From positions 235,993 to 299,992 of the forward strand of contig CAWJKT010000001.1 in NCBI GenBank assembly GCA_963843375.1: 64,000 bases of DNA. The letters are read 5' to 3'. The position numbers and the translations under genes are program-made. The notes below the pieces were generated by a model. The model was given only the letters and a program-made list of their open reading frames with translations, ran no database searches and was not told the DNA's origin. Positions within the stretch are counted from its first letter, which is position 1. Each line of letters starts with the position of its first letter. The stretch is from an uncultured Pseudomonadota bacterium. Lineage in GTDB: Bacteria > Oederibacteriota > Muellerivitia > Muellerivitales > Muellerivitaceae. This document shows positions 21,156-34,248 of the stretch, piece after piece.

Positions 21156-21916
21156 ATATTTTAATCGCCCTCTTTGCCAATTTCCGACTGGTCGACGCTC
21201 TAGATATTGTGGTTGTTTCCTTCGTGATCTACCAACTTTTGCTGTTGATCCGTGAGGTTCATGCCACCCGAATCGTAGTCGGATTTGGGATTTTATTCAT
21301 GGCAGCGGCCATTGCCAGCCAGTTCCACCTCTTGACGTTGGACTGGCTTTTAAGCAACGTGGGCCCCTTTGTCGTTATTTCCTTCGTGGTGGTTTTCCAA
21401 CCGGACCTGCGTCGTATTATCACTCAAATCGGACGGGGAGGTTTTTGGGGCGGGGTTTTCCAGGGTGAGGCGGCCCTTTTTAAGGAAATCACCTCCGCGG
21501 TGAGGGACCTGGTTAAGACCCGCCGAGGAGCCTTGATTGTCATCGAACGGGATGACAGTCTTCAAAGTGTCATCGAAACAGGCACCAAAATTGAGGCTGA
21601 TGTCACAGCCGAATTGTTGGTAACACTTTTCGTGCCGCATTCGCCCCTGCATGATGGGGCCGTGATTATTCGTGGTGGCAAGATTGCCGCAGCGGGATGT
21701 ATTTTGCCTTTGAGCCAGAATCTTAATCTCAGCAAATCCTATGGGACTAGGCACCGGGCGGCAGTTGGTATTACCGAGGAGACGGATTCCTTGGCCATTG
21801 TCGTTTCCGAAGAAAACCATACCATCGCTTTCACCATGGCGGGGAAAATAACCCCTGAAATTGATGGTAATACTCTAGAAGAAATGTTGACCCTTTATGG
21901 CACCAAAGTGGATTGA
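21152..21916 (+). CDS. cdaA: Diadenylate cyclase CdaA
   Basis: Three TM helices, LHDGAV and GTRHRAA catalytic motifs. Confidence 0.95.
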   Translation: MNILIALFANFRLVDALDIVVVSFVIYQLLLLIREVHATRIVVGFGILFMAAAIASQFHLLTLDWLLSNVGPFVVISFVVVFQPDLRRIITQIGRGGFWGGVFQGEAALFKEITSAVRDLVKTRRGALIVIERDDSLQSVIETGTKIEADVTAELLVTLFVPHSPLHDGAVIIRGGKIAAAGCILPLSQNLNLSKSYGTRHRAAVGITEETDSLAIVVSEENHTIAFTMAGKITPEIDGNTLEEMLTLYGTKVD

Positions 21917-21925
21917 GGTATTAGG

Positions 21926-22327
21926 ATGAAACGTTGGATACTTGAAAATTTCAATTTGAAGGTTTTGGCGGTCTTCATTGCGTTTCTTCTTTGGGCCTAC
22001 GTCGACTTAAAACAGGTTCTTGACCATAAGCATTTAACCCTTTACGTGGGATTAACGGATATACCCGCTGGTATGACCCCCGACCCCAATATGAAAACAT
22101 CCGTTTCAGTGATGTTAATTGGAAAGAACGTGAAGGATTTGGAACCGGATGATTTGGATGCGACCGCGAGTCTAAAAGACGTTCAACCGGGTCAGGAAGA
22201 AATTGTGGTTAGGCCCAAAATCGAGCAATTGCCTGAGGGCGTGACGGCAAGTGTCCACGATTTAAAAGTTCATTTGGTGCCTTTGGACGCGGCCAAGGAA
22301 CCCTCTAAGATACAATCGGTGAAATAA
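21926..22327 (+). CDS. cdaR: CdaR/YbbR-like regulator (single repeat)
   Basis: N-terminal NFNLKVLAVFIAFLLWAYV typical of YbbR; directly after cdaA. Confidence 0.75.
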   Translation: MKRWILENFNLKVLAVFIAFLLWAYVDLKQVLDHKHLTLYVGLTDIPAGMTPDPNMKTSVSVMLIGKNVKDLEPDDLDATASLKDVQPGQEEIVVRPKIEQLPEGVTASVHDLKVHLVPLDAAKEPSKIQSVK

Positions 22328-22329
22328 AC

Positions 22330-23076
22330 ATGGCTTTTCTTTCCGTCAATATCGACCATATCGCCACCTTGCGTCAGGCTCGCCGGGAAAAGGAACCGGA
22401 TCCTCTAGAAGCAGCTGGACTTGTTGAAAAGGCCGGAGCCCACGGCATTACAGTCCATCTCAGGGAGGACCGGCGGCATATCCAGGATCACGACGTCATT
22501 GGTTTGAGGAAAATTGTCAAAACCAAATTAAACCTGGAAATGGCCGCTTCGGTGGAAATGATCCAGTTCGCCCTCCGGGTCAAACCTGATCAAGTTACCT
22601 TGGTTCCTGAAAAGCGCCAGGAGCTGACTACCGAAGGAGGATTGGCTCTTTCTTCTTCCCCGAAGCGTTTTGAAAAGGCCATCAACCAGCTTCAATCCAA
22701 AGGTATTCCCGTTTCACTTTTTATTGATCCCCGGCCGCAGGATATTCAGCTTTCCTCTCGATTGGGGTCTACCTTTATCGAACTTCACACTGGCGCCTAT
22801 AGTCGGGCATGCCGTTTGGGAGGTAATGTCAAAAAGGAATTCCTGATTTTGGCAGCGGGAGCCCGTTTGGCCTCTTCCCTGGGCCTAAAAGTTCATGCGG
22901 GTCATGGATTGACATATCAAAATGTCACCCCCATCGCGGCACTGATTGAAATTGAGGATTTGAACATTGGACACAATATCGTGGCCCGGGCTTCTATGGT
23001 AGGATTAGAGAAAGCTGCCCGGGAAATGTTGACGCTGCTTCAAAAAGCAAACCGTGGCAAAGGGGGGCGCTTGTGA
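22330..23076 (+). CDS. pdxJ: Pyridoxine 5'-phosphate synthase
   Basis: VNIDHIATLRQAR, HLREDRRHI, ELTTEGGL, AGHGL, NIGH. Confidence 0.98.
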   Translation: MAFLSVNIDHIATLRQARREKEPDPLEAAGLVEKAGAHGITVHLREDRRHIQDHDVIGLRKIVKTKLNLEMAASVEMIQFALRVKPDQVTLVPEKRQELTTEGGLALSSSPKRFEKAINQLQSKGIPVSLFIDPRPQDIQLSSRLGSTFIELHTGAYSRACRLGGNVKKEFLILAAGARLASSLGLKVHAGHGLTYQNVTPIAALIEIEDLNIGHNIVARASMVGLEKAAREMLTLLQKANRGKGGRL

Positions 23077-23393
23077 GTTGGAAAGTTGTTTTTTTACTCG
23101 CGTTAATGATTGTTGGAGCCATCGGCTATTTCCTTTGGGGAAAAGTGGAACAAGCCCCGCCCGAGGCTACCCTACCTGGTTATACCAACGCTTTGAAAAA
23201 TGATGAGATGAAGGCCCAAGCCGTCGTTGCGGGAACTCAGTTGGATTCGGTTAAAAGCGCGGTTGAAAAGTATAAATCGGATAAAGAATCGTTTCCCCCC
23301 TCATTGCAAGATTTGGTTCCCAATTATATCGACCATATTCCCGGAGGGATCGCCTATGACCCCTCCACGGGAATCGTCAGCGTCGCCCAATAA
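23073..23393 (+). CDS. Small membrane-anchored hypothetical protein with pseudopilin-like globular part
   Basis: One N-terminal TM; SAVEKYKSDKESFPPSLQDLVPNYI resembles the GspG-type segment; coupled to the pdxJ stop. Confidence 0.6.
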   Translation: MSWKVVFLLALMIVGAIGYFLWGKVEQAPPEATLPGYTNALKNDEMKAQAVVAGTQLDSVKSAVEKYKSDKESFPPSLQDLVPNYIDHIPGGIAYDPSTGIVSVAQ

Positions 23394-23497
23394 AGTCCCT
23401 TTTGGGGAAATCCCAAGGCCACCCTTCGATTCCAGGTGCATAAAGGTTATTCTTTAGATGCGGCTCGGCTCGCCGTGAGGGATGTTTTCAGTTATAA

Positions 23498-26209
<2,712 letters not shown>

Positions 26210-26213
<4 letters not shown>

Positions 26214-26644
26214 AACGATGGTTATCCTTAGACTTGGGGAAAGTTAGGATTGGGGTGGCCTTATCCGATTCCCTGGGCTTGACGGCACAACCTTTGCTTG
26301 TTTTGAAATCCGCAGGAACCCAAAAAGACATCATCGCTATTGGAAAATTGATCAACGAGCATCAAGTGACCAAGGTTATCGTCGGACTCCCATTCAATAT
26401 GGATGGAACGGAAAGCCCAACCACCCAAAAGGTTCGAGATTTTACTGAAAAACTTTTACAACGGTTAACCGTGCCGGTTTATTTTGTGGATGAGCGCCTT
26501 ACCAGTAAACAGGCCGAGCGTTTAATGATCGAGGGAAACGTTCGAAGGGAAGAACGACGCCAAAAAATTGATAAGGTAGCGGCCGCCCTCATACTCCAGT
26601 CGGCGCTTGAGGGGACCCGTCTCATCCCGGTGGAAAAACCATGA
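26210..26644 (+). CDS. ruvX: YqgF/RuvX pre-16S rRNA maturation nuclease
   Basis: LDLGKVRIGVALSD, VGLP, DERLTS, IDKVAAALILQ; alaS-ruvX-mltG synteny. Confidence 0.95.
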
Positions 26645-27663
26645 AAATCCTTAAAATTTATGGTTATGTTTTTTTAACCGGTTTTGTTTTTTCCGCTTTT
26701 GTTTTTATCCCCACTTTTTTCTTTTCGGGCCAGGACGTGGACGTGCCTGTTTATTCCAAAACGACCGCCGGTGAGATCGCCCGAAACCTAAAAGAAAAGG
26801 GAATCCTTCATTTCGCGCTGCCCTTTAAACTATTGGCAAAGCTGACCCATGCCGACCGTAAATTGAAAGCGGGGTTATACCGTTTAAATCCCGGCATGAG
26901 CCTATGGGAAATATTAACGACGCTCTCGGAGGGAAAAAGCGAACTTTTGGTCCTGAAGATTCCGGAAGGTTACACGGCTGTGCAGATCGCACAAGAGTTG
27001 GAAAAGATGAAGGTAATGCCAGCAGAAGGATTCATGAAAACGGCCGAGGACAAGCAGGTCTTGAAGAGTTTGGGAATCCACGGGCCGAGTGCGGAAGGGT
27101 TCCTCTTTCCCGAAACTTACCGGGTTCCTGTGGGAGCCGGTGCTCAAGACCTTATGGAATTGATGGTGCGGCAATTTTTCGATTCGGTCGGAAGTGATTT
27201 TGAGGATCGTTGCCGGCAAAGGGGGTTGACCCCTTACCAAGCGGTTATCCTGGCTTCTATCGTTGAAAGGGAGGCCCAAAAGGCCGATGAACGGCCCATT
27301 GTGGCGGGCATCCTTTACAACCGCCTCCATCAAAAAATGCGCCTTGAAGTCAACGCCACATTGAACTATGTCTTGGAAAACAAGAGGGCATGGCTGACCA
27401 ACGATCAGCTCAATACACAATCCCCTTATAACACCTATCAGCACAGGGGTTTGCCACCCACCCCTATTTGCAATCCGGGGTTGGCATCTATTCAAGCAGT
27501 CCTTGACCCGGCGGACGTGCCTTACCTTTACTATGTCGCCAAGGGGGATGGTACTCAATTGTTCGCCATGACTTTCGAGGAACACCAGAAGAACGTTAAC
27601 GAAGCTAAGAGAATTCGTAGGGCAAAAAGGCGTCAAAAGGCTAAAGTTCCCGCGCAGGATTGA
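26641..27663 (+). CDS. mltG: Endolytic transglycosylase MltG
   Basis: IPEG, EGFLFPETY, LASIVERE (catalytic E), SPYNTY, GLPPTPICNPG. Confidence 0.96.
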   Translation: MKILKIYGYVFLTGFVFSAFVFIPTFFFSGQDVDVPVYSKTTAGEIARNLKEKGILHFALPFKLLAKLTHADRKLKAGLYRLNPGMSLWEILTTLSEGKSELLVLKIPEGYTAVQIAQELEKMKVMPAEGFMKTAEDKQVLKSLGIHGPSAEGFLFPETYRVPVGAGAQDLMELMVRQFFDSVGSDFEDRCRQRGLTPYQAVILASIVEREAQKADERPIVAGILYNRLHQKMRLEVNATLNYVLENKRAWLTNDQLNTQSPYNTYQHRGLPPTPICNPGLASIQAVLDPADVPYLYYVAKGDGTQLFAMTFEEHQKNVNEAKRIRRAKRRQKAKVPAQD

Positions 27664-27679
27664 TTACCAGTGGAAGGAA

Positions 27680-28435
27680 ATGATTTTGGTTTTTTATTAT
27701 GTTATCCCCCTGTTGCAAATCTTGGCCATCATCCATGTTTTAAAAACGGGTCGCAGTTGGTTTTGGGCTTGGATCATTTTTATGTTCCCGGGATTAGGGC
27801 TTGCTGTTTATTTTTTCATGGAAATCCTGCCTGAATTTCGGGAGCCGAATACCGGAGCCGGGGGAGATTCAATTCTCGATACCATTATGCCTGGTCGAAA
27901 GTTGGGGCGACTTGAGTCGGCCTTGCAGGATTCGGATACCGTTCAAAATCGAAAAGTGCTGGCGGATTATTATTTGGCCGCAGGGGAACCGTTGAAATCC
28001 GTTGAACTCTACCGGCAATGTTTAACCGGGGTTTATAAGGACGATCCTCACGTAAATTTAGGCTTGGCGGGTTCATTGGTGGAGGCTGGTGAATATGGGG
28101 AATCCAAAAAAATCCTTGAGGATCTTCGAAAACGAAATGTCGTCTACGAAACATCGAAGCGGGACCTTTTTTACGCTCGGGCTTTGGAATCCTTAGGCCA
28201 AGAAAAAGAAGCCTTACAAGTTTATGAGAACGTCCTCAAAATATACGGGAGTGAAGTTGAGGGCACCTGCCGCCTAGCCCAACTTCTGGAAAAAATGGGC
28301 CAAAAAGAAAAAGCCAAAGCCCTTTATGACGACTTAGTGAAAAAAGCCAAAACGTTCGCTCCCCATTTTCGCAGGCAACAACAGGCTTGGATTCAATTGG
28401 CCAAGGAAAAAAAGAGAGAACTTTCGCTGAATTGA
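27680..28435 (+). CDS. Membrane-anchored TPR-like protein
   Basis: Two N-terminal TM helices (HVLKTGR..W.WII..FP.LG) followed by helical repeats. Confidence 0.75.
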   Translation: MILVFYYVIPLLQILAIIHVLKTGRSWFWAWIIFMFPGLGLAVYFFMEILPEFREPNTGAGGDSILDTIMPGRKLGRLESALQDSDTVQNRKVLADYYLAAGEPLKSVELYRQCLTGVYKDDPHVNLGLAGSLVEAGEYGESKKILEDLRKRNVVYETSKRDLFYARALESLGQEKEALQVYENVLKIYGSEVEGTCRLAQLLEKMGQKEKAKALYDDLVKKAKTFAPHFRRQQQAWIQLAKEKKRELSLN

Positions 28436-28552
28436 ACCGAACCTATTTTCCTTGCGGTTCCGGGCCGGCTGCCTTAATTTAAATGACATGCCGACTTTCC
28501 ATAAACCGATTGAAGAAGTCGGTAAAGTACCGATTTCAGTATTTCTATTTCA

Positions 28553-29263
28553 ATGGAGAATCGGCGCATGATGATTCAGGCTTTCCATCTGACTAAAGTC
28601 CACTCTTCGGGCATCAAGGTCCTGGACGACGCTTATTTCTCGGCTTCTCAAGGTTCTTTCGTGGCCGTTATTGGCGAAAGCCGCACCGGTAAAAGCACCT
28701 TCCTTAAAATGCTCGGAGGCGAGGAAAAACCAACTTCCGGCGTTTTAAGAATCGATCACCAAAACATTTACGACCTTTCGGATTCAGAAAAACGCCAATG
28801 GCTTTCCGAAGTGGGCATGATATTTCCCGACCTCAAGTTATTCCAAGATAAGACCGTTTATGAAAATATTCATTTCATCCTCCAAGTCAAGGGAGCTTCA
28901 GGGGAGGGCGAAAAAGAAGCGATTACCAAGCTCCTTTCAAAGGCGGGGCTGGAAGGGAAGTCACAGTCAAAACCCGCGGACCTTTCCTCGGGTGAACAAC
29001 GGCTGGTTTTGGCTTTGCGAGCGATGATTTTTCGGCCTCGATTACTCCTGGCTGACGAGCCATTTCAAGGATTGGACGATAAGGCTGCTTCCTTATTGTT
29101 CCGCTTTTTTTTGGAATTGAACAAAGCCGGATGCACAATCGTGCTTTCGACCCAGCAACTATCCTTTTTAGACGAAACAAAAAAATCGGGTACTGAAGCC
29201 AACATCCAATGGATGAAGTTGGATCAAGGGAAGCTCTATTTCATGGAGGAGGCCACTTCATGA
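28553..29263 (+). CDS. ftsE: FtsE-like ABC ATPase with degenerate motifs
   Basis: Walker A GESRTGKST, Walker B LLLADEP; coupled to ftsX and followed by envC. Confidence 0.85.
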   Translation: MENRRMMIQAFHLTKVHSSGIKVLDDAYFSASQGSFVAVIGESRTGKSTFLKMLGGEEKPTSGVLRIDHQNIYDLSDSEKRQWLSEVGMIFPDLKLFQDKTVYENIHFILQVKGASGEGEKEAITKLLSKAGLEGKSQSKPADLSSGEQRLVLALRAMIFRPRLLLADEPFQGLDDKAASLLFRFFLELNKAGCTIVLSTQQLSFLDETKKSGTEANIQWMKLDQGKLYFMEEATS

Positions 29264-30160
29264 ACCTTTCCCGTTTTTTCTTCGTTCTTAAAGAAGGCTT
29301 TTTACAACTTTTCAGGACTCGCGGTTTATCTACCGCCGTGATCCTAATCGTGGCCTCCACCTTACTCCAACTTTCCCTTTTCCTTGGCATTTCCAAGGCG
29401 CTTGATCAGGCTTTGGGCTCGGCGCGAGAGAAGTTTCAAATGGCGGTCTTTCTCACTCCCTCTTCGGATGATTCGGACCGCAAAAGAATACAAGAACTAT
29501 TACTATCCGACTCCCGAGTGGCCTCCGTCCGGCTCGTGACCAAGGAGGAAGCGGTTCAGGATTTTCGGAAGGATCCGGAGATCGACCAGATGCTTCAGGC
29601 TTTGGGTGAGAATCCTTTAACCGACTCCTTCACGGTTATCTTGCGTAATGACCCATCGGAAAAATTGGAGGATATGGTCGAAAAATTAAAACAAGATCCC
29701 CGAATCGAGGAAGTGGATTATGGAAAGAATGAATGGGAAACGGTCTCCAACTCTGACCCGGATGGTTCGGTGGGGCGGGCTCATCCTGGGCGGAATCATT
29801 TTTTTATCAGCACTTTTCATTGTTTCCAATACCCTAACCTTGGCCCTCTGGGCCCGTCGGGAGGATTTCATACTCATGGCCCGTATGGGAGCCCCCACTT
29901 GGATGAGGACAGGGCCCTATATATGGGAGGGAATTTTCCAGGGATTTTTGGGCGGTCTGATCGTCGTTGTCTTTTTCGAGGCTGTCCGGCATTGGGCGGG
30001 AATGGCCCTTCAAAAATACGGGGGTTTTGACATCTTGATCAATTCCGCTCTGACGGAATGGGGAAGTCTTTATTTGACCCTAATCCTTCTAGGGATGATC
30101 TTGGGTTTCCTGGGTGCTTTTTTAGCCCTGCAAAAAAAGTGGGTGAAGGAACTCGGGTGA
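29260..30160 (+). CDS. ftsX: Cell division permease FtsX (apparent frameshift near 29750)
   Basis: TM1, periplasmic domain with KEEA...LGENPL...VDYG, then three TM helices with IVSNTL..ARRE..EG. Confidence 0.9.
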
Positions 30161-30194
30161 AAACAGTTTTTAAAATGCCGAAGATTTTCATGAA

Positions 30195-31436
30195 TTGAAA
30201 ATGCCAAAACTTTCCACCTTCAACTATTACCGGGCCTTCCTTTTGGGGGGAGTATTCTTGATGAATCCTCCTCTGTTTTCACAGGACGTCTCAGGGACTC
30301 CCGTTGCGGACAACGGGCAAATCAAGAAAGACCTCCATAAAAACAAAAAAGATTTGGCTGTCATTGAGAAAAAAATTGCCGAACAAAAGAAACAAAAACA
30401 TCTCGCGGACATGAAGGAAAAAAAGCTTCTCGGCCAGCTTCACCAAGTGGACCAGAAGCTTGGAAATTTGAGGCGAGAAAAAGAAGAGAATGAAGAGGAT
30501 TTGAATGAAACCCGCCACCGACTGGAAGGGTTACAAAGCGATATGGCCGAGAACCAACAAGACCTGGCCCAGAACCGCCTGTTGTTGAAACAGCGTTTGC
30601 GGGCCCTCTATCGAATGTCTTTTCGCCAGCCGTTCCTGGGCGGAATCCTGGACTCGGAAAGTTTTGGGGACCTTGCCCGGAAACTCAAATTTGAAATGAT
30701 CCTTGCCCAAGGCAACGAAAAACTTCTTTCCCAGACACTCAGGAGCGAAGAACAATTTGAACGGAAATCGGACGAATGGAATCAGGAGGAACGGCGGAAA
30801 AAAAGACTTTTATCAGTTTTAGGGCGGCAAGAAGCCAATTATTCCCAAAAGCATAAAAATCGCACGATCTATTTGGATAAGATTCATCGTCAAAAGGAAG
30901 AGCAGGAAAGGATGATTGAGGAATTGAGCCAGAGGGCTCAAAGTTTACAGGAAAAAGTTTCCTCGTTTTTGAAGCAAGCAGCGGAAGCCCAAAAATCCAA
31001 AACGGTCTGGATTCCGGCGGGAACGGGTTTAAAAATAAAACGAGGCAAAATTCCCTGGCCGGTTTCAGGAACGATCATCCAGTCTTTCGGAAGGTCCAAG
31101 AACGCCCAATTTAAAGAGGTGGTGGATAATACCGGCATTCAAATCCAGGCTCCCGAGGGGACGCCTTTTAGGGCTGTGGCGGACGGGAAGGTTCGTTTCG
31201 CCGATTGGTTCAAAGGTTATGGAAAACTAGTGATTTTAGACCATGGAGAGGGGTATTATTCTCTTTACGCTCAGGCCGCCGAATTGAATGTGACAGAAGG
31301 CCAAACGGTTTTGGCGGGACAAATTCTTGGAACCGTCGGGGACACAGGGTCTCTGGTGGGGACTAGTCTTTATTTCGAAATCCGAAAGAACGGCATACCG
31401 CAAGATCCCATTCTTTGGCTTAGACGACAAACGTAG
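30195..31436 (+). CDS. envC: Murein hydrolase activator EnvC (coiled coil plus degenerate M23)
   Basis: Long coiled coil, KGKIPWPV-like RGKIPWPVSG, GYGKLVILDHG, LYFEIR lacking Zn ligands. Confidence 0.9.
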   Translation: MKMPKLSTFNYYRAFLLGGVFLMNPPLFSQDVSGTPVADNGQIKKDLHKNKKDLAVIEKKIAEQKKQKHLADMKEKKLLGQLHQVDQKLGNLRREKEENEEDLNETRHRLEGLQSDMAENQQDLAQNRLLLKQRLRALYRMSFRQPFLGGILDSESFGDLARKLKFEMILAQGNEKLLSQTLRSEEQFERKSDEWNQEERRKKRLLSVLGRQEANYSQKHKNRTIYLDKIHRQKEEQERMIEELSQRAQSLQEKVSSFLKQAAEAQKSKTVWIPAGTGLKIKRGKIPWPVSGTIIQSFGRSKNAQFKEVVDNTGIQIQAPEGTPFRAVADGKVRFADWFKGYGKLVILDHGEGYYSLYAQAAELNVTEGQTVLAGQILGTVGDTGSLVGTSLYFEIRKNGIPQDPILWLRRQT

Positions 31437-31538
31437 CACGAAATGTTTTGAATTGAGCGGGTATTTGAGAGGAGATCAAATATCCTCAGAAACTTAAACT
31501 AAGACTTAAAACCGGAAACTAATTTTTTGGAGGAAGTT

Positions 31539-33095
31539 ATGGAACGTCGCCCGTCATTTCTAACCACGGCTTTTTTGTTGCTGGCACTTTGTGCCGTGAG
31601 CTTCGCGGCCGGAGCCGCGACCCAATCGGCCAGCCAGCCCAAGGAAACCAACGAGGATGTGTATAAATACCTCCAGCCCTTTGCCGATGCTCTGGCCATT
31701 ATCCGGGAAAAGTACGTGGATGTGGACAAGACGGATCCCAAGACCCTGGTTTACGGCGCCTTGAACGGAATGGTCAACACTTTGGACCCCTTCAGCCAGT
31801 TTATGCCCCCGGATGAATATAAGGATATGCAAACTGAAACCTCCGGTAAATTCGGGGGACTGGGAATTGAGATTGCTCTTAAGGATGATCGTTTGACGAT
31901 TGTTTCCCCCATCGAGGGGACGCCCGCCGATAAGGCCGGACTCAAATCGGGGGACAAAATCGTGAAGATTGAGGATGAAAGCACCGCTTCCATGTCCATT
32001 AATGATGCCGTCAAGCGGCTTCGCGGAAAAGTAGGTACGAAGGTGACTATCACTATTTTAAGAGAAGGATTGGGCGAGCCTTTTGACGTGACGTTGGTTC
32101 GCGATAACATCAAGATTGAGAGTATCCACGCCTATATGCTTCCCCATGATATTGGTTATGTCCGCATTACTGAGTTTATCGACAATACCACCGATGATTT
32201 TGTAAAGGCCGTGGAGGACCTGGAAAAACAAGCAAACTTGAAGGGCCTGGTGATCGACCTGCGAAACGATCCGGGCGGTCTCTTAAATGAAGCTATCGGC
32301 GTTTCGGATTTCTTCGGCAAGAAAGGGGATATGATCGTCTCCACTAAAGGGAGAAGCGAAAACCAAACTTCGGAATATAGGGCCACCGACGGGGAAAAGT
32401 TCGACAAGAACCTGCCGGTCGTTGTCATGGTGAATGAGGGAAGCGCCTCAGGTGCGGAGATTGTTTCGGGCGCCCTGAAAGATTGGAAACGAGCCACGCT
32501 GATCGGCTCCAAAACCTTTGGAAAAGGCTCAGTCCAGACCATTCTGCCTCTGGAAGGAAGCGACGGGGCCGCGCTCAGGCTCACCATGGCTAAATACTAT
32601 ACGCCTTCGGGAGTTTGTATCCACGGCATTGGGATCGAACCCGATCTCGACCTGCGTAACCACGATTTGTCCGAGTCCACGCTCAAAGTTTACACCCAGC
32701 AGATGATAGAAAAATTTGCCGCCCTTCTCGTCAAGGAAGGCATGGCGGTTTCGGCGGATACCGATTTAACACCCGCCGTCATGGACCGCTTTGTGGATTA
32801 TTGCATGAAGAATGTAAAGAAAATCGACAAGGATGAACTGAAGAAAGACACGGATTATCTGAAAGACAGTCTCTATGTAGAACTGGTTCGCGACAAGCTG
32901 GGGGAGACGGATGCCCGCAGATTAGCCGTCCTACATGATCCCCAGGTATCGGTGGCCGAGGATATCATCGAAAATGGAGGACACATTAGCGGAAAGCTCT
33001 TTGCCGAATATCCCAAACGTAAAGATACCGAAAAAGCGGGTGAGAAAAAACTTGAGGAAGAGCGCGGGAAGAACCAGCAAGACGACGGGGAATAA
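31539..33095 (+). CDS. ctpA: S41 carboxyl-terminal processing protease (CtpA/Prc family)
   Basis: LDPFS, FGGLGIEI PDZ, DLRNDPGG, SASGAEI, TFGKGSVQ; GGAGG RBS. Confidence 0.95.
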   Translation: MERRPSFLTTAFLLLALCAVSFAAGAATQSASQPKETNEDVYKYLQPFADALAIIREKYVDVDKTDPKTLVYGALNGMVNTLDPFSQFMPPDEYKDMQTETSGKFGGLGIEIALKDDRLTIVSPIEGTPADKAGLKSGDKIVKIEDESTASMSINDAVKRLRGKVGTKVTITILREGLGEPFDVTLVRDNIKIESIHAYMLPHDIGYVRITEFIDNTTDDFVKAVEDLEKQANLKGLVIDLRNDPGGLLNEAIGVSDFFGKKGDMIVSTKGRSENQTSEYRATDGEKFDKNLPVVVMVNEGSASGAEIVSGALKDWKRATLIGSKTFGKGSVQTILPLEGSDGAALRLTMAKYYTPSGVCIHGIGIEPDLDLRNHDLSESTLKVYTQQMIEKFAALLVKEGMAVSADTDLTPAVMDRFVDYCMKNVKKIDKDELKKDTDYLKDSLYVELVRDKLGETDARRLAVLHDPQVSVAEDIIENGGHISGKLFAEYPKRKDTEKAGEKKLEEERGKNQQDDGE

Positions 33096-33103
33096 GGGCC
33101 GTT

Positions 33104-34245
33104 TTGGGGTTCTCGGGGAAAAGTGAAAAGGGAAATATCCATGGCTCTTTATTGACCCTGTCGATTATTTTTTTGTCCCTGGCGATGGTAGGTCTTTTGA
33201 TATGGCGGTACTTTTTTACCCCCCCTTCAGGGAACGGACCCAATCCGACCCCCACTAAAGTTGTGGCGCCGTCCTCCGAAGAAATTAGCAATAAACTTAT
33301 CCATGCCGTGAACCAAAAGCTTCAGGATATGGATTTGCTGAAACTTCTCCAGGGAGAGGTTTTGGTTCGAAACGTTTCTGTTGGAGATAGGGAGTTACCG
33401 GATTACCAGGAAAATTTCAGAATGCCGTCAAGGTACTCCGACTTGGACCTGGATAGTGTTTTTGGAAAAGAGGCTCAGTCCCTAGGCGCCAGCCTGACAA
33501 GAGATAGAGACAGCTTTACTTTCTCCGACCCTTCCGGGGTTGCGGTGGAAATCACATTTCTTCCCCCCGACAAACCCCGCATCTGCCTCATCATCGACGA
33601 TGGTGGGTATCAAAAGGGTAAAGCTTTGGAGCACCTTTATGGATTTAAGGTGCCGGTGACAGTCTCCATCATTCCTGATGTCGAATTCTCCAAAAGTCTG
33701 GCTGAGGAATTTCCCTCCCACGGAGTGGAAGTGATGTGCCATATGCCCATGGAGGGTCATGAGGTTGGAGCTGTTGGGGGAACTACAAAGCGCTGTTGAA
33801 AAAGGGAATGGATCCAGCCGTGGCGAAAGAAGACGTGGAAGAAGCCCTGGACGACCTCCCTAACTGCCGTGGGCTAAACAATCATATGGGTAGCGTTGCG
33901 ACCGAAGACCCGGAACTCATCCAGGGTGTTTGTGATGCCCTAAAACCGAGAGGACTTTTCATTATCGATTCCCGCACGACTTCCAAATCGGTGGTCGAAG
34001 AGAAGGCACGAAAGAACAGAGTTCCAGTCGCAAGCCGCAACGTTTTTTTGGATAACATCGAAACTCCCGGAGCCATTCTTAAACAATTGAGCCAAGCGGC
34101 CGCTTTCGCCAAGAAGCATGGTCAGGTTGTGGCGATCGGGCATTTTAAGGCGGTAACGCTCAAAACTCTTGAAGAAGCCGTCCATCAATTGAGGGACCAG
34201 GGTTTCCAATTTGTTTACGCTTCGGAAGTTGTTAAGGAAGAATAA
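33104..34245 (+). CDS. Divergent polysaccharide deacetylase (YibQ-like); apparent frameshift near 33780
   Basis: LIIDDGG, HMPME, GLNNHMGS, IDSRT, RNVFLDN, AIGH. Confidence 0.9.
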
Positions 34246-34248
34246 ATC

